Notes: a model not told the origin generated them from the sequence alone. DNA of 32,000 bases from an uncultured bacterium (GCA_964565945.1 CAZMGY010000033.1:6338-38337); one strand, 5' to 3'; shown: positions 8,364 through 17,698, counted from the stretch's first letter. Numbers and translations are program-made.

Positions 8364-8390
8364 TTTGGCATCCCCAAGGGGATTCGAACC
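8364..8390. repeat. att direct repeat within the functional tRNA-Glu 3' end
   Basis: Partner of 3642-3668. It covers the CCA end, the acceptor 3' strand and half of the T-arm. Confidence 0.75.
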
Positions 8391-8443
8391 CCTGTTTTCG
8401 AGATGAAAACCCGATGTCCTAAACCTAACTAGACGATGGGGAC
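8366..8443 (-). tRNA. tRNA-Glu (anticodon UUC)
   Basis: The reverse complement is GTCCCCATCGTCTAGTTAGGTTTAGGACATCGGGTTTTCATCTCGAAAACAGGGGTTCGAATCCCCTTGGGGATGCCA. Hand-folded cloverleaf: 7-bp acceptor (G1-U72 wobble); anticodon stem TCGGG/CTCGA with loop TT-TTC-AT; T-arm AGGGG-TTCGAAT-CCCCT. CCA is encoded. The architecture closely parallels E. coli tRNA-Glu. Confidence 0.9.
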
Positions 8444-8457
8444 GCAAATATTATCTT

Positions 8458-8531
8458 TGAGGGCAGAAGGACTCGAACCTTCGACATTCACCTTAAAAGA
8501 GTGTTGCTCTAACCTACTGAGCTATGCCCCC
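8458..8531 (-). tRNA. tRNA-Lys (anticodon UUU)
   Basis: The reverse complement is GGGGGCATAGCTCAGTAGGTTAGAGCAACACTCTTTTAAGGTGAATGTCGAAGGTTCGAGTCCTTCTGCCCTCA. Features: acceptor GGGGGCA/TGCCCTC (one G-U), D-arm GCTC...GAGC, anticodon loop CT-TTT-AA, T-arm GAAGG-TTCGAGT-CCTTC. There is one A-A mismatch at the top of the anticodon stem. CCA is not encoded. Confidence 0.85.
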
Positions 8532-8616
8532 CAAATCTTTAAAAAAGTCTAAAGATGGGACTTTACATCTAAGCTCTCAAAAATATTGAGATCTTGCATT
8601 CTAACAGACTTCGCGA

Positions 8617-9174
8617 CTAAATAGTAGCTAAATCTTTTTCTTTTTTTTCTAAAGCCTCATCAATTTTTTTGATAAAACCATCGGTCTGGTTTTGAATTTT
8701 TTGCTCTAAATAACGTTGATCATCTTCGGTGATCTTTTTGTCCTTAAAAAGTTTTTTCACTTTGTCGTTGCCATCACGACGCACAGAACGAATCGCCACA
8801 CGCGCATCTTCGACCATTTTACGGACAATCTTAATCAAGTCCTTACGACGTTCTTCCGACAAAAGGGGTACGTTAATCCTAACAGTTTTGCCATCGTTAT
8901 TAGGCGTTAAGCCAAGCTCCGAAGCCAAAATAGATTTTTCAATCTCTCCGACCAAACCTTGATCCCAAGGCTGAATTGTAATCGTCCGTGCTTCGGGAGT
9001 ACTCACAGTCGCCACTTGACTCATCGGCATAGCCGCACCGTAGCAGTCAACCATAATATTATCAACCAAAGACGTCGAAGCAATACCAGTGCGAACGGTT
9101 GCAATTTCATCATGAAAGGATTGTAAAGATTTCTCCATACGATTTTTCATATCTCCCATTAATACTTCTGGCAT
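8617..9174 (-). CDS. frr: Ribosome recycling factor
   Basis: MPEVLMGDMKNRMEKSLQSFHDEIATVRTGIAS...PLLSEERRKDLIKIVRKMVEDARVAIRSVRRD is the canonical RRF pattern. I prefer the ATG at 9172-9174 (185 aa, 2 nt after the pyrH stop) over the track's 9246 start, which would overlap pyrH by 70 nt. Confidence 0.9.
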   Translation of the reverse strand: MPEVLMGDMKNRMEKSLQSFHDEIATVRTGIASTSLVDNIMVDCYGAAMPMSQVATVSTPEARTITIQPWDQGLVGEIEKSILASELGLTPNNDGKTVRINVPLLSEERRKDLIKIVRKMVEDARVAIRSVRRDGNDKVKKLFKDKKITEDDQRYLEQKIQNQTDGFIKKIDEALEKKEKDLATI

Positions 9175-9176
9175 AC

Positions 9177-9896
9177 TTAATCTCCTATCACCAACGTTCC
9201 TAATTGTTTGCCTTGAATAATCTGTCGGAGCGAGCCTTCTTTCCATAAGTTAAAAACAACAATCGGCAAATCATTGTCCATACATAAAGATACGGCCGTC
9301 GAATCCATCACTTTCAACTTTTGACTCAATACATCCAAATAACTTAAACTTTCAAATTTTTTCGCATCCCCATTTTTGACAGGATCCGAATCATAAACAC
9401 CATCCACCTTAGTTGCTTTAAGCAAAATATCGGCCTTAATTTCCACAGCACGCAAAACCGCAGCCGTATCCGTCGAAAAATAAGGATTCCCTGTTCCAGC
9501 CGCAAAAATGACCACACGTCCTTTTTCCAAATGACGCATGGCACGACGACGGATGTAAGGCTCAGCCAATTTATCAAGGCTAATCGCACTAAGAACCCGC
9601 GTGGGCACATCCATATTTTCGAGTGCATTTTGCAAGGCCATGGCGTTAATCAGCGTCGCCAACATACCCATATAATCAGCGGTGCAACGTTCAATACCAC
9701 CTTCGCTCGCCGTAATACCGCGAATGATATTGCCACCACCAACAACAATCGCTAAATCAAGTCCATAGGAATGAATTTCTTTGATTTGCTCCGAGACGTC
9801 TAAGACCGCTTGAGGATTAACACCATACGAATCTCCTTGTAAAGCTTCTCCACTGAGTTTTAGCAAGACTCTTTTGTATGGACTCAAGTTCCCCAA
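9177..9896 (-). CDS. pyrH: UMP kinase
   Basis: 239 aa. [23 protein letters not shown] and [20 protein letters not shown] motifs, in the conserved tsf-pyrH-frr context. Confidence 0.95.
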   Translation of the reverse strand: MGNLSPYKRVLLKLSGEALQGDSYGVNPQAVLDVSEQIKEIHSYGLDLAIVVGGGNIIRGITASEGGIERCTADYMGMLATLINAMALQNALENMDVPTRVLSAISLDKLAEPYIRRRAMRHLEKGRVVIFAAGTGNPYFSTDTAAVLRAVEIKADILLKATKVDGVYDSDPVKNGDAKKFESLSYLDVLSQKLKVMDSTAVSLCMDNDLPIVVFNLWKEGSLRQIIQGKQLGTLVIGD

Positions 9897-9918
9897 AACA
9901 ATCTCCTTCGATTTAGAA

Positions 9919-10737
9919 TTAAGTGCCTAGTTGAAAACGCACAAAACGACGGATCGTCAAAGAGCCAAGAACGTCTTTGATTTTGCGATCTGGATCTTTG
10001 ATAAAGCCTTGCTCCATCAAACAATTATCCGCAAAATACTTCTCAAGTTTTCCATTTAAAATCTTTTCCAAAATCTCGGCAGGTTTATTTTCATTTTGAG
10101 CCGAAACAACGTCTTTTTCTTTTTCAAGAACTTCGTTAGAAATCTCATCACGTTGTAAATAAGTAGGATTAGATGCCACAATGTGCATGCAAACATCTTT
10201 CAACGTTTCTTCGGCGCCCTCGGCAAAACCTTCTACGTCAATCAAAACGCCAATCTTACCGCCCATATGAATATAAGATCCAACCAAACCATTATTCGCA
10301 TCAAAACGAGACGCTCTGGCAAAGTTTAAGTTTTCTCCTAAAGTTATCACGGACTCTTTAACCAAAGTGCTAACCGCATCTAACAACCTGCCCGTTTGCA
10401 AAAGACCCTCTGCATCAAACTGAGAAGCATCGCCCGTCACAACAGCTTCGACCACTTTTTGCGTCAATTCAACAAAAGCTTCGTTACGCGCAACAAAATC
10501 TGTTTCACAGTTAACTTCAACAATCACGCCAGTTTGACCATTGGCCACAACCATAGCTGTGATCAAACCTTCATTGGCATCGCGATCCGCTTTTTTGGCC
10601 GCTTTGACAATTCCTTTTTTGCGCAAGATCTGCACGGCTTCTTCTAAATCACCATCAGCTTCAGTCAAAGCTTTTTTACAATCCATCATCCCTGCATTGG
10701 TTTTATTTCTTAATTCTTTAACAAGTGTCACATTCAT
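9919..10737 (-). CDS. tsf: Translation elongation factor Ts
   Basis: 272 aa. The N-terminal UBA-like [37 protein letters not shown] is diagnostic. It starts 3 nt after the rpsB stop. Confidence 0.95.
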   Translation of the reverse strand: MNVTLVKELRNKTNAGMMDCKKALTEADGDLEEAVQILRKKGIVKAAKKADRDANEGLITAMVVANGQTGVIVEVNCETDFVARNEAFVELTQKVVEAVVTGDASQFDAEGLLQTGRLLDAVSTLVKESVITLGENLNFARASRFDANNGLVGSYIHMGGKIGVLIDVEGFAEGAEETLKDVCMHIVASNPTYLQRDEISNEVLEKEKDVVSAQNENKPAEILEKILNGKLEKYFADNCLMEQGFIKDPDRKIKDVLGSLTIRRFVRFQLGT

Positions 10738-10740
10738 AAA

Positions 10741-11760
10741 TCATTCTCCCTTGACTTGATCTTTTGGGGCAGTTTCTTGAGACACTTTTTCTTTAACGGG
10801 CTCAGCTGACTCGGTAAAAGCAACTTGTTCTTCGGCTTGTTCTTCACTTGATCCTTTAACCGCTGTCGCTTGTTGGGCAACTTTTTCCTGAACTTTAGCC
10901 ACTTTTTCAGCTTCACGATTCTGACGTGCAATGTCGGCAGCTTTTTCTTTAGCCATTTCACGCTCCTTGCGAATCGCTTCTTTTTCTTTTTGTTCCTTGC
11001 GAACAGCTTCTTCAACGGTACGTTTAGCATCTTCTTCAGCCGCAATACGTGCCACTTTTTCGGCCACTTTTTCAGCATAAACTTGCTTGCCCTGATACGC
11101 CGCTTCCGACAAAGCATGCAAAATAAGACATACCGCTTTGATCGAATCATCGTTGATAGGAATGCAAATATCAACTTCATTAGGGTTGCAATTAGTGTCC
11201 ACAAGACCAATCACAGGAATGCCCAAAGCATGGGCTTCTTTAACCGCAATCAACTCCTTATCGATATCGACAACCACCAAAAAACCTGGCAGTTGATTCA
11301 TACTTTGAATACCTTCGAGGTTTCGCTTAAGACGTTCCGCAAGTTTGCGCAACTTTAGGATTTCTTTTTTAGGACGCAAATGGATCGTACCGTCCTCTTC
11401 CATCGCCTCAATATTAGCCAATTTTTGGATACTTTGACGAATAGTTTGATGATTGGTCAGCATTCCCCCAAGCCAACGCTCACATACAAAGGGAGAACTC
11501 ACACGCAAAGCCTCGTCACGCACACTATCACGAGCTTGTTTTTTGGTTCCAACAAACATAACATCTTGACCATTCAGCGTAATGTCATATACAAAACGAC
11601 AAGCTTCATTTAACTTTTGAACCGTTTGGCGCAAATCAATGATATAAACTCCATTGCGTTCACTATGGATAAATGGCGCCATTCTGGGATCCCACTTTCG
11701 TGTACGATGACCAAAGTGAGCCCCAGCTTCCAACAACTGCTTCATCATTACGCTTGCCAA
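10741..11760 (-). CDS. rpsB: 30S ribosomal protein S2 with a ~100-aa charged C-terminal extension
   Basis: MKQLLEAGAHFGHRTRKWDPRMAPFI...ERWLGGMLTN...VVDIDKELIAVKEAHALGIPVIGLVDTNCNP. A TTG start at 11758-11760 is supported by GAAGGAGG 6 nt upstream. Residues from about 235 to 339 are a K/E/A-rich tail. Confidence 0.95.
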   Translation of the reverse strand: MASVMMKQLLEAGAHFGHRTRKWDPRMAPFIHSERNGVYIIDLRQTVQKLNEACRFVYDITLNGQDVMFVGTKKQARDSVRDEALRVSSPFVCERWLGGMLTNHQTIRQSIQKLANIEAMEEDGTIHLRPKKEILKLRKLAERLKRNLEGIQSMNQLPGFLVVVDIDKELIAVKEAHALGIPVIGLVDTNCNPNEVDICIPINDDSIKAVCLILHALSEAAYQGKQVYAEKVAEKVARIAAEEDAKRTVEEAVRKEQKEKEAIRKEREMAKEKAADIARQNREAEKVAKVQEKVAQQATAVKGSSEEQAEEQVAFTESAEPVKEKVSQETAPKDQVKGE

Positions 11761-11885
11761 GACGACCCTCCTTCAAATAAAATTTCTCTAATACTAATAC
11801 TTAATCAATTGCTTCAAAAGATTTATATACTCTATCAAAGAGAGAGCATTTCGTCAATCTCAAAAATCCATCACAGAGGAATGAT

Positions 11886-13241
11886 TCAAATGCGTCGGTA
11901 ACGCCATTCTTGGGTAAAAAACAAAGCCGCCGTGCTACCCGCCTGAAACAACGACGCCAGCATAATGGCCCACCAAATGCCATACACACCCATCTCCCAA
12001 AAATGGGTATAGAACAAAACCAAAGGAATCTGAATAAACCAAAGACAAACAGCATTAATTGTTATAGCTGAGGAAGTATCCCCAGCGCCATTCAAAGCAC
12101 GTCCCAACACAAAACCCACACCCAACACAAAGTAAGGAATGGTGCTCACTTTCAGATAGTCCATGCCTAGACGGATCACTTCGAAATCGTTTGTAAACAA
12201 GCCCATAATCTTTTGCGGCCAAGCCACATAGATCAAAGCTACAATTTGCATGATCACAGCATTGTAAAAGGCTGGCAACAAAGCACTCTGCATCGCCATG
12301 GTCTGACGCTGTGCCCCTAAATGCTGGCCAATCAAAATCGAGGCCGCCGCACCCAAACCAAAACCCGGCATCATGGCAATATTAAGCAATTTGATTCCTA
12401 TCCCATACGCTGCTACGGCTTTATAGCCAAACTGCCCCACAATTACAACCATTAATAAGGCCATCCCGCAACGCATGCTCATATGAATCGAACCAGGAAT
12501 ACCTACTTTTAATATACGCATCATAATACCAAAATTCAGTTTTAACGTAGTCCATTTAAGATGAATCTTTTTATTAGAGTTCACAAACGCATACATACAA
12601 ACCAAAGTCCCTAAACTTCGCGAAATCACCGTCGCCAAGGCCGCACCCTCGATACCCATACCTTCCAAGCGTCCACCACCAAAAATAAGCACAGGATCCA
12701 AAAAAAAGTTGACACAGGTCGCCAACACCGTTGCATACATAGGCGTTTTCAAATCGCTGGCTCCTTGCAAAATATAGATGCTTAAAAACATAAAAAAGAG
12801 AACAAACGAACCATAGAAAGAAATTTTCAAATAAGAAGTGGTAAGAGCTGCGGTGGGGGGATCGGCACCTAACAGCAATAGGGCTGGCTCGATATAAAAA
12901 CAACCCAGAACAGCTATCAATAAAACAACCCCTGTGCCCAAAATAAAGGAATGCCAAGCCGTACGACTGGCCTCTTCATAATCACGAGCCCCCACACAAT
13001 GCGCCACAATAGCGCTAGTTCCAATTGCAATCCCCACAATAGCTGTGCTTAAGACCATAAGCACATCGCTCGCCCAAGAAATAGCTGCGAGCTCCTGCAC
13101 TCCTAAACGCCCAATCCAAAACATATCGACCGCATGAAAAAGTGTCTGCAAAACATGGCACAAAATCATAGGCCACGCCACGGTCAAGACCTGGCGACGC
13201 ACCACAGCCTTCTGTTTTTTCTTATAGGCTCGTTTGACCAT
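11886..13241 (-). CDS. MATE-family efflux transporter
   Basis: 451 aa, about 12 predicted hydrophobic helices. The N-terminal pattern VLTVAWPMILCHVLQTLFHAVDMFWIGRLG is typical of NorM/DinF-type MATE proteins. Confidence 0.85.
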   Translation of the reverse strand: MVKRAYKKKQKAVVRRQVLTVAWPMILCHVLQTLFHAVDMFWIGRLGVQELAAISWASDVLMVLSTAIVGIAIGTSAIVAHCVGARDYEEASRTAWHSFILGTGVVLLIAVLGCFYIEPALLLLGADPPTAALTTSYLKISFYGSFVLFFMFLSIYILQGASDLKTPMYATVLATCVNFFLDPVLIFGGGRLEGMGIEGAALATVISRSLGTLVCMYAFVNSNKKIHLKWTTLKLNFGIMMRILKVGIPGSIHMSMRCGMALLMVVIVGQFGYKAVAAYGIGIKLLNIAMMPGFGLGAAASILIGQHLGAQRQTMAMQSALLPAFYNAVIMQIVALIYVAWPQKIMGLFTNDFEVIRLGMDYLKVSTIPYFVLGVGFVLGRALNGAGDTSSAITINAVCLWFIQIPLVLFYTHFWEMGVYGIWWAIMLASLFQAGSTAALFFTQEWRYRRI

Positions 13242-13249
13242 GTCGCAGA

Positions 13250-13798
13250 TTACTCATCGCTCATCCGGCGAGCAAAGGTGACCAACTTGTCCCAATAACT
13301 CCGCGTGACTTCATAGCCTTGATCCAACTGTGACGAACTCTGGACCAGGGTTTTAACTGCTTCGAAATCGACTTTATGCCCCAAGGCCTTTTTCATTTTT
13401 TGAAACTGATCTTTACGGCAAACAAATAAATATTGCAACTCAATGCTCACATAGTCTTCGAACATTTGAATATTTTCCACATAGGCACCCTGGACAAATC
13501 CGTCTTCCTGAGAAAGCTGATACACCTGATCCAAGTAGGGACGCAATACATCGATATGCTTGCTCATCTCGAGCATTCCTTGGTGCACTGCCAAGCGCTT
13601 GGCCATCATCTGATTGATGCGATCTGTTTTAATGGGATAGGGATATTCGGCTTGTCCTGTGACCACAAATATTCCCTGGTAAGACTGCCCACCTTCTGGC
13701 ACAATAACAATTTTCGGCTTTACTTTCGCAGCCATAAGGGACGTGCTAACCATAAACACCATCACGATCATCGCCATCTGGTTAATCCATCGAAACAT
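13250..13798 (-). CDS. Exported hypothetical protein
   Basis: About 182 aa with a signal peptide (MFRWINQMAMIVMVFMVSTSLMAAKV). The ATG at 13796-13798 overlaps the rnc TGA (TGATG), with GAGGAG 8 nt upstream. The track's TTG at 13801 is the alternative start. A weak LPP20-like impression only; no firm family. Confidence 0.6.
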   Translation of the reverse strand: MFRWINQMAMIVMVFMVSTSLMAAKVKPKIVIVPEGGQSYQGIFVVTGQAEYPYPIKTDRINQMMAKRLAVHQGMLEMSKHIDVLRPYLDQVYQLSQEDGFVQGAYVENIQMFEDYVSIELQYLFVCRKDQFQKMKKALGHKVDFEAVKTLVQSSSQLDQGYEVTRSYWDKLVTFARRMSDE

Positions 13799-14499
13799 CA
13801 ACTGTTCTCCTCAAGCTTCAATGATTTCAATTTTGTCCACAACTTATGAGCAGCATTCTTCTGAGCTTCCTTTTTATTGACACCATGCCCTTGGGCCTTA
13901 TATTTTTGCCCCGTAGACACCTGTGCCACAAATATTTTTTGATGTTCTTCCCCACTCTCGACCACAATCTTATACTTAGGAACCACACCCAAGAGGCATT
14001 GCGACAACTCCTGAAGACACCCTTTGTAATTGGTATGAACGTCCCCCAAATCCTTATCCACAATCAAAGGGTAAAACCAACGACGAATCAACTTTTTCGC
14101 CTCTTCGTACCCCCCATCGAGAAAAATAGCACCAATCAGAGCCTCTAGCAAATCCGAAAGCAGTGAATCTTGATCGCGACTTTCCTGCTGACGTTTGCCT
14201 CCCGACAGGAGCAAGTAGAACCCCAAATTAAAATCTCGTGCCAGTGCAGCCAAGGACTTCTGATTGACCAACGACGACCGATACTTCGATAAAAACCCTT
14301 CTTGTTGCTTGGGAAATTTGCGATAAATAAGCTCCGCAATCACAAGATCCAAAACAGCATCCCCCAAAAACTCCAAACGCTGATTATCCTTGAGATTGTT
14401 TTCATGCCCATAAGATCGATGAACCAAGGCCATTTTCAGCAGAGACACCTTGTGAAATCGATACTTTAGGAGTTTTTGCAAGCCCTCTATATTTTGCAT
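13798..14499 (-). CDS. rnc: Ribonuclease III
   Basis: LVHRSYGHENNLKDNQRLEFLGDAVLDLVIAE (the RNase III signature ERLEFLGD) plus a C-terminal dsRBD (KYKAQGHGVNKKEAQKNAAHKLW). I prefer the ATG at 14497-14499 (MQNIEGLQKLL, 233 aa); the track ORF has a 56-aa N-terminal over-extension. Confidence 0.9.
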   Translation of the reverse strand: MQNIEGLQKLLKYRFHKVSLLKMALVHRSYGHENNLKDNQRLEFLGDAVLDLVIAELIYRKFPKQQEGFLSKYRSSLVNQKSLAALARDFNLGFYLLLSGGKRQQESRDQDSLLSDLLEALIGAIFLDGGYEEAKKLIRRWFYPLIVDKDLGDVHTNYKGCLQELSQCLLGVVPKYKIVVESGEEHQKIFVAQVSTGQKYKAQGHGVNKKEAQKNAAHKLWTKLKSLKLEENS

Positions 14500-14563
14500 A
14501 CACACCTCAACGCTGACAAGTGGTCCAATTATAGCATAGGAGAAACAGAGATTGCAAAGAAGG

Positions 14564-16243
14564 CTACAGGTCCGCTTTGGGCCAAATAATCGGCCAAGAC
14601 AAGGCCTCTCTATGGGCATATTGGCGATCAAACGGATGCCCCCCCACACCATCCCACTCAGACACAATCACTTGGTCGCCCCACGACATGGGCGACTGGC
14701 TCAATAAATGATAAGACCCTTTCGAATGAAGTAACTCTGAGCGATACGCCCACTTTTGGGGCCATGCATCCCGATAGCGTTGCCAGTACTTCGGCTCCAC
14801 CAGCCAGTAGTCGGCGTTAGGATGTAGCTGAGTGATCAATTGGCGACAAAGATCCTCTTGGGATGGATTCAGGTCATAGGCACCTATCACAGGGCGATGA
14901 AACAGTAGTCTTGCCACTGGAGGCTCCCCAAAAGACGCAATGGTGGCATCCTCGGGCAAGGTTTCGCGCACCCAAATAGCCACATCTTTATGAACTGGCT
15001 GAGGCCGATGCACATAACCATTAACAGGTTTAACCATAAATCCAGGATACGCCCGCCCTCGGTGATAAACACCTTCGAAGGTGAGCCACAGCATCTCGCA
15101 AACGATTAGGGCGCACACACTGTAAAAGGCGATCCGTTTGATCCGTACAGGCTGACTCCACCTCCAAAGAGCTTCTAAACTTAACAGAACCAAAGGCACC
15201 GTCGCCATCACCATGTAACAACGAGCACTCACCCCAGCCGTAATCGTGCGATCGACCATAAACATCCACGGAAAACCATAGGCCAACACCATCACCATCC
15301 AAATAGCTTTCATCTTTTTATACCAACACAGGCAAATCCCATAAGCCAGCCCCAATGGTGCCAACAAAGTCAATATCCATCCGTAGCTTTGCCGAAAGTC
15401 CTTGAAGGTTTGAGTAAGATAGTTCGCCCAAATCACATTTTTTTCCAAGTTATGCCCTATAAAGCCATATTCCATATGACCTTGAAAACTAAAGTAAACA
15501 AACGCCAAGGCAATAGGCGCAAAAGTCGCACAGGGCCACAACAAAGCCAGCTTAGGAAAGTTTTCTTTAAAAAGACTCCACGCTTTACCCCAGTGGCCCC
15601 AAGCAAACAACACCACGGCAGAGAAGGTAACCACCATCATCATAGGAAATTGACTGTCACAAATCACATAACCAGCCAAACAGAACATAGCGGCATGCAC
15701 TCGTCGACGCTTAGTAAACCCTTCCTCCATGCTAACCCAAAGAAACAACAGGTAATTAATGAGCAAGCAAAACGAAAGATGCCAATTCAGATTTGACCTT
15801 GCTGTCGATATCAACACAGGTGAAAGCCCCACCACTAAGGTCAAAATAAATGCCACATGCTCCAGGTGCCTGCGATTCAAAAATAGATACACATGTGCCA
15901 TCGTGAGAGAAGCCATAACAAGATAGGGCAAAAATACCGTAACTTCGGTGATAGAAAATCCCAAAATAGACATCACAGCAATAGACGCCGCGCTAAACAC
16001 CAAATGACCATAGCCCCAACCAAAGTTAATCACATAGGTTATATTTTTTAGAGTTTCCGACCAAGAGTTGAAAGAAAAAAGATCAATCAACTTAAGCGAA
16101 TCCAATAAAAATCCAACCTGATCACCGCTGGTCTGAAAAACACTAACCTCTGACAATGTAAACCAGCGAGCCATAAAACAGATCACCACAACAGCAAAGA
16201 TATAAATGTTTTTATTCGTTGAATTCATAGTGTTCATGAACAT
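14564..16243 (-). CDS. Large polytopic membrane protein, possibly a GT-C-fold glycosyltransferase (ArnT/PMT_2-like)
   Basis: About 560 aa with more than 10 hydrophobic segments, followed by a soluble ~150-aa C-terminal domain. This is the overall architecture of family 39/83 glycosyltransferases; no catalytic motif was verified. The start is uncertain (GTG 16300, ATG 16243/16237/16228), and every option overlaps the YkgJ-like gene's end. Confidence 0.45.
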   Translation of the reverse strand: MFMNTMNSTNKNIYIFAVVVICFMARWFTLSEVSVFQTSGDQVGFLLDSLKLIDLFSFNSWSETLKNITYVINFGWGYGHLVFSAASIAVMSILGFSITEVTVFLPYLVMASLTMAHVYLFLNRRHLEHVAFILTLVVGLSPVLISTARSNLNWHLSFCLLINYLLFLWVSMEEGFTKRRRVHAAMFCLAGYVICDSQFPMMMVVTFSAVVLFAWGHWGKAWSLFKENFPKLALLWPCATFAPIALAFVYFSFQGHMEYGFIGHNLEKNVIWANYLTQTFKDFRQSYGWILTLLAPLGLAYGICLCWYKKMKAIWMVMVLAYGFPWMFMVDRTITAGVSARCYMVMATVPLVLLSLEALWRWSQPVRIKRIAFYSVCALIVCEMLWLTFEGVYHRGRAYPGFMVKPVNGYVHRPQPVHKDVAIWVRETLPEDATIASFGEPPVARLLFHRPVIGAYDLNPSQEDLCRQLITQLHPNADYWLVEPKYWQRYRDAWPQKWAYRSELLHSKGSYHLLSQSPMSWGDQVIVSEWDGVGGHPFDRQYAHREALSWPIIWPKADL

Positions 16244-16604
16244 AACGCTCGAGATCTTCCAAAGAGCTAAAAAAATGCTCCTGATGCATTTCGCCTTCAC
16301 TCATATGACAATTAACCTCGCCCCTTTCATCGTTGCCGTAATCACGACACATCTGAGGACGACGTTCATACACAATGCAACGATTATTTTGCGCCAAGTA
16401 GCGACAACGGCTTTTGATTTCTAAAAACCATTCCCCTTCTTCCACATAAACCGTGGTCCCTTCATGAGCGACGTACCACTTGATGTTTTCAAAATCTTCT
16501 TTGTCCTCGGGCGTATCAATTTGCAAGGCATAATAATGACAACAAATCGCGGGACACATATGACATGGTGGAGATTGGACTGCTACAGAACTCACCTCAC
16601 TCAT
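16212..16604 (-). CDS. YkgJ-family (UPF0153) cysteine-cluster protein
   Basis: 130 aa. N-terminal CHMCPAICC cluster and C-terminal RCIVYERRPQMCRDYG, matching the CxxCxxCC-type Fe-S/Zn cluster family. Confidence 0.7.
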   Translation of the reverse strand: MSEVSSVAVQSPPCHMCPAICCHYYALQIDTPEDKEDFENIKWYVAHEGTTVYVEEGEWFLEIKSRCRYLAQNNRCIVYERRPQMCRDYGNDERGEVNCHMSEGEMHQEHFFSSLEDLERYVHEHYEFNE

Positions 16605-16607
16605 AGG

Positions 16608-17627
16608 CTAACTCGCATCTTTATTCGCTTCAAAAATAGCATAGAGCTCATCCAAACTTTCGTAGGCGATTTTGCCTAAATTCGGATCAAAATGACGTCC
16701 AATTTCACTCAACATGATTTTTTCAACTTTTTCACGAGGAAAAGGTGGTTTATAGACACGCTCGTTGACCAAAGCATCAAAAACATCGGCAATAGCCACC
16801 AAGCGAGCTTCAACAGGAATTTCTTCACCTTTGAGCCCTTCTGGATAACCTGTCCCTGTCCAGCGCTCGTGATGAAATAACGCAATATTTTGAGCGATGG
16901 GACTCATCCCAACCGATTTTAAAATGTCGTAACCAATTTTGGCGTGCGTTTTCATCACCGCCCATTCTTGGGGATTCAAGCGCCCAGGTTTTTTAAGAAT
17001 ATCATCGGGCATTCCAATTTTACCCACATCATGCAAGGGAGCATAGCGTTCAATTTCGGCAATAAACTCCTCGGGTAAACCATGCCGCTCTCCCATTAAG
17101 CGGGAATACAGACCTAAGCGTTGCATATGGCTTCCAGTGTCATCATCGTTGTACAAATTAGCCTGCTCTAATGCAGCAATGATCCCATCGGTCAGTTTAT
17201 TGATCTCGGTATAAATCTCTTCGAGTGGTGTTTTTAAATGCTGGCGCAACTCTTTCTCTTTAAGAGATCGTCCCAACTGATTACGAAACGTAGCTATCTT
17301 TTGCAAATCCTCAGGCACAATATCTTTGAAATCAACAATCTTAACATGAGCCCGCCTAAGATCTGACTCTTCATCGGCCTGGCGAATCAAGCCCAAGGGC
17401 TGGATCAAGTTGCAATGTAAATACTTCATAATGCTCAAATAGATCGCAACCGACATCAATAAAAAAACGGTAAAAAGAATCAGAGTTAAGGTTAAAGACT
17501 GAGAAGCTCCCTCAACAACAAAGCCTATTTGCCAAAGACAAATCACCAGAAATGCACTCAGGCTAAATAAAAAAACACGGAAACACACCCCCCAGCCCAG
17601 GGTTTCCTTTAGTTGCTTTTGTTTCAT
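16608..17627 (-). CDS. Membrane-anchored HD-GYP domain protein (putative c-di-GMP phosphodiesterase)
   Basis: 339 aa with two N-terminal TM helices and a linker. Motifs APLHDVGKIGMPDDILKKPGRLNPQEWAVMKTH and ALFHHERWTGTGYPEGLKGEEIP (HD ... HHE...GYP). Confidence 0.85.
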   Translation of the reverse strand: MKQKQLKETLGWGVCFRVFLFSLSAFLVICLWQIGFVVEGASQSLTLTLILFTVFLLMSVAIYLSIMKYLHCNLIQPLGLIRQADEESDLRRAHVKIVDFKDIVPEDLQKIATFRNQLGRSLKEKELRQHLKTPLEEIYTEINKLTDGIIAALEQANLYNDDDTGSHMQRLGLYSRLMGERHGLPEEFIAEIERYAPLHDVGKIGMPDDILKKPGRLNPQEWAVMKTHAKIGYDILKSVGMSPIAQNIALFHHERWTGTGYPEGLKGEEIPVEARLVAIADVFDALVNERVYKPPFPREKVEKIMLSEIGRHFDPNLGKIAYESLDELYAIFEANKDAS

Positions 17628-17698
17628 GAATCACTCAACCCCACATAGAATAACGCAACCATTGTATCATTTTTGAAAACAAAACAAAAATCTGAAAG

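Larger units (their letters stand above)
3642..8390. mobile_element. Degraded prophage / integrative-element remnant inserted in the tRNA-Glu 3' end
   Basis: Bounded by the 27-bp direct repeat, with the integrase pseudogene abutting the tRNA. Its content is only phage-type genes (tape measure, tail-module repeat protein), all disrupted. It is visibly AT-rich. Hand counts of single 60-nt lines give G+C of 14/60 (line 7501), 16/60 (5581) and 21/60 (5401) inside, versus 30/60 (19801) and 35/60 (12301) in core genes. Confidence 0.7.

Noticed and set aside
3642-8390. Island genes use an alternative genetic code (TAG or TGA as sense)
   Set aside because: Stops of all three kinds (TAG, TAA, TGA) occur in frame, together with at least eight frameshifts and internal deletions. 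No single reassignment restores the genes, so ordinary pseudogenisation is the simpler explanation. It is retained only as a low-priority check in the findings.
9175-9246. Longer N-terminal extensions given by the ORF track for frr (9246), rnc (14667), mrdA (28626) and mreB (31048)
   Set aside because: The extensions overlap the upstream genes by 66-170 nt and add non-conserved sequence. Internal ATGs coincide with family-typical N-termini and with SD or stop-start coupling.
10734-11358. ORFs 10734..11210(-) and 10870..11358(+) overlapping rpsB
   Set aside because: They are frame artefacts of the K/E/A-rich S2 tail, giving poly-K/L or poly-F/S products. The S2 frame is unambiguous.
11801-16424. 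Assorted nested or antisense ORFs (11801..12055, 12574..12957, 13433..13849, 13827..14339, 14887..15302, 15389..15796, 16206..16424)
   Set aside because: Each lies entirely within a longer, well-supported gene (MATE, exported protein, rnc, GT-C-like protein, YkgJ-like) in another frame or strand, and none has recognisable motifs.
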